DNA of 35,862 nucleotides from Methanomassiliicoccaceae archaeon. GTDB lineage: Archaea > Thermoplasmatota > Thermoplasmata > Methanomassiliicoccales > Methanomethylophilaceae. The translations under genes and the position numbers were made by a program. The stretch is taken from the NCBI GenBank assembly GCA_009784745.1, contig WQXR01000001.1, positions 1-35,862 of the forward strand. Reading direction: 5' to 3'. Positions within the stretch are counted from its first letter, which is position 1. Each line of letters begins with the position of its first letter. The notes under the pieces are model-generated. The model was not told where the DNA came from. It did not search any database and saw only the letters and a list, made by a program, of their open reading frames with translations. Below, in pieces: positions 34,321 through 35,862 of this stretch.

Positions 34321-35628
34321 TCAAACGTCATTGATCGATAATCCTGTGAAACTTATATCGTAACACTTCAGCTCGTGTCTGAGCATCTCCGCTTTGTTCT
34401 TCAGAGAACCGATGTCTAATTTTTTCGGATTGCGTTTAACGTCTATGAGCTCAACTCTCTTTTCAACGTCATTGAGAACGACAATATCTATTTCCACATC
34501 ACCTTTTCTGTTCCAGTAGGTGCCAACTTCCGTGTATGTTCCTTCTTCGATGATCCTTTGTCTGAAATAATTTTCCAGCACCTTTCCGAGGTATTCATCA
34601 AGACCGTTCCTTATGACCTTGTTAAGGAGATCCATCCTTCCGGACTCGATGTGATCGATATAAGGCAGAATGAACCTGAAATAGAAACTAAGGTACATAT
34701 CGGCAACATACCATCTGGCGTTGCGGCTCCCGGGTTCCGAGAACACAGGATTTATCTGTTTTATGAACGAATACTCGCTCTCAAGTCTTTGGAGGTACGC
34801 ACCCGTGTCCATGCCCAAGATGTTATCGATCTCCGGTCTGCGGTTCTTGCCTCCGGCGATCAGTTGCATTATTGAAAAATGTGTCTTATGGTCTTTCCCG
34901 AACTCAGATACCGTCATATCCTTTCCGTCTCTGACGAATACGGAATCAATTGATGTCACTCCGTCGATCATCTTCTCCGCGGTATCCTTTCCGGAATCCA
35001 TGAGTATCTCCAGATAACCCGGGACACCGCCGGTGAGCATGTACAGCGTGAGGATGTCGTTCTGAGTATAATTTTGATCGTGCTCTTTCAGGATGGTCTT
35101 CATAACGGCGATCGAAAAAGGGCGGAGAACGATCTTTGACGTTGCCCTTCCGAACAGCGGCTCATTTGAATCTTCGAACAGTTTGATCATCATAGAATGT
35201 ACCGAACCGCTGACGATGAGGTTCACTCTGGAGGAGTTCTTGTAAAGATCCCATATCTCCTGTATCTCGCCGTATACGACATCATTCACGTACTTGAGAT
35301 TCTGGAACTCATCTATCATGATGGTAAGGGGTTCCTCTCGGGAAGATATCATCAATGCCTTGAGGATGTCCCTGAACTTCGTTGCGCTGCCCGGTATCTC
35401 GATACCTGCTTCCGCTGCTGTTCTCTGCAGTTTCTCGCAGAGCAACGGTTCCGCAACCTTGGACACGAATAGATATACGGAACGGCTCCCTTCCGCAGAT
35501 CTGAGCATAAGCGTTGTCTTTCCTATCCGGCGCCTTCCTATCAGCACGGTGAACGTGCTTGAACGTTCAGATTGTTCTTTTATGCGTTTCAGTGACTCAA
35601 GTTCCCTCTCTCTGCCGTAGAATCTCAT
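34321..35628 (-). CDS. Archaeal-type ATPase (Walker A/B) with DUF234-like C-terminal PD-(D/E)xK-like domain
   Basis: N-terminus F.GRE.EL..L then GRRRIGKTTL (Walker A), IMIDEFQNL (Walker B), C-terminal GDVEIDIVV...VELIDVKRN (D...D-x-K nuclease-like signature). Confidence 0.8.
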   Translation of the reverse strand: MRFYGRERELESLKRIKEQSERSSTFTVLIGRRRIGKTTLMLRSAEGSRSVYLFVSKVAEPLLCEKLQRTAAEAGIEIPGSATKFRDILKALMISSREEPLTIMIDEFQNLKYVNDVVYGEIQEIWDLYKNSSRVNLIVSGSVHSMMIKLFEDSNEPLFGRATSKIVLRPFSIAVMKTILKEHDQNYTQNDILTLYMLTGGVPGYLEILMDSGKDTAEKMIDGVTSIDSVFVRDGKDMTVSEFGKDHKTHFSIMQLIAGGKNRRPEIDNILGMDTGAYLQRLESEYSFIKQINPVFSEPGSRNARWYVADMYLSFYFRFILPYIDHIESGRMDLLNKVIRNGLDEYLGKVLENYFRQRIIEEGTYTEVGTYWNRKGDVEIDIVVLNDVEKRVELIDVKRNPKKLDIGSLKNKAEMLRHELKCYDISFTGLSINDV

Positions 35629-35639
35629 GCTATCGAAAC

Positions 35640-35684
35640 AAGGTAATACAAATTACGGTAATATAGATTACGGTATTTCAGAAT
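35640..35684. repeat. Three degenerate 15-nt tandem repeats (AAGGTAATACAAATT / ACGGTAATATAGATT / ACGGTATTTCAGAAT)
   Basis: GGTAAT/GGTAAT/GGTATT cores at 35642, 35657 and 35672, with exact 15-nt phasing. Begins 12 nt upstream of the ATPase start codon and spans its probable TATA (CTATAT on minus). Confidence 0.7.
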
Positions 35685-35862
35685 ACCTTAATTGTGGGAA
35701 CGAGGTCTGCCAAAGTAATTCGGGAGACCGTTCCGCATACTCACATTCTCAGCTCCGTTCTTTAAATACTCCGGTTGCACGCGCATGCAAAACGGCGCGA
35801 TCTCAAAGAAAGCGTTATATATGCGCTATTCTGATGCAAATCGGTCAGCCGTTTGTCTGACA

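Noticed and set aside
35627-35860. 77-aa plus-strand ORF at the right edge
   Set aside because: It lies in the promoter region of the ATPase gene and overlaps the tandem repeats. It has no start context or recognisable motifs.
1-35862. CRISPR arrays, rRNA genes, IS elements
   Set aside because: I saw no regularly spaced 25-40 nt direct repeats, no rRNA-like conserved segments, and no transposase-like ORFs or terminal inverted repeats flanking an ORF.

Overview
35.9-kb archaeal chromosomal segment. Archaeal markers: thermosome, CDP-archaeol synthase, PurP, zinc-finger RPA, aCPSF2-type beta-CASP nuclease, HdrC/HdrB-like pair, TATA-box promoters with several apparently leaderless starts. The lineage is probably a Thermoplasmata / Methanomassiliicoccales-like euryarchaeon, which is inference only. 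I call 32 CDS and one tRNA-Ser(CGA). One CDS is a partial at the left edge that is absent from the ORF track. Content is mostly housekeeping: rpa operon, serA-serC, aspC, purP, an MMPL/RND exporter, xpd, carS, pyrE, ddh, a UDG-HAD fusion, smc-scpA-scpB, thermosome, grpE-dnaK-dnaJ, purH, hdrCB-like, nadC, a beta-CASP RNase and a DUF234-type ATPase. I saw no CRISPR array, rRNA, transposase or integrase. All homology calls come from motif recognition by eye; nothing was searched. Most notable findings: (1) a discrete 35-nt element, 34/35 identical, sits in the same orientation exactly 7 nt upstream of a TATA-like box in front of both rpa and xpd, suggesting a shared, undescribed replication/repair cis-regulatory module. 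(2) A family-4 uracil-DNA glycosylase is fused to a HAD-IIA (NagD/UmpH-like) phosphatase. (3) A small accessory islet lies between dnaJ and tRNA-Ser. It holds tandem paralogous membrane proteins and a 344-aa orphan protein with an internal ~105-aa duplication. (4) A Walker ATPase carries a PD-(D/E)xK-like C-terminus and has a 3 x 15-nt tandem repeat over its promoter. (5) A bacterial-type meso-DAP dehydrogenase is present, and PurP and PurH coexist.
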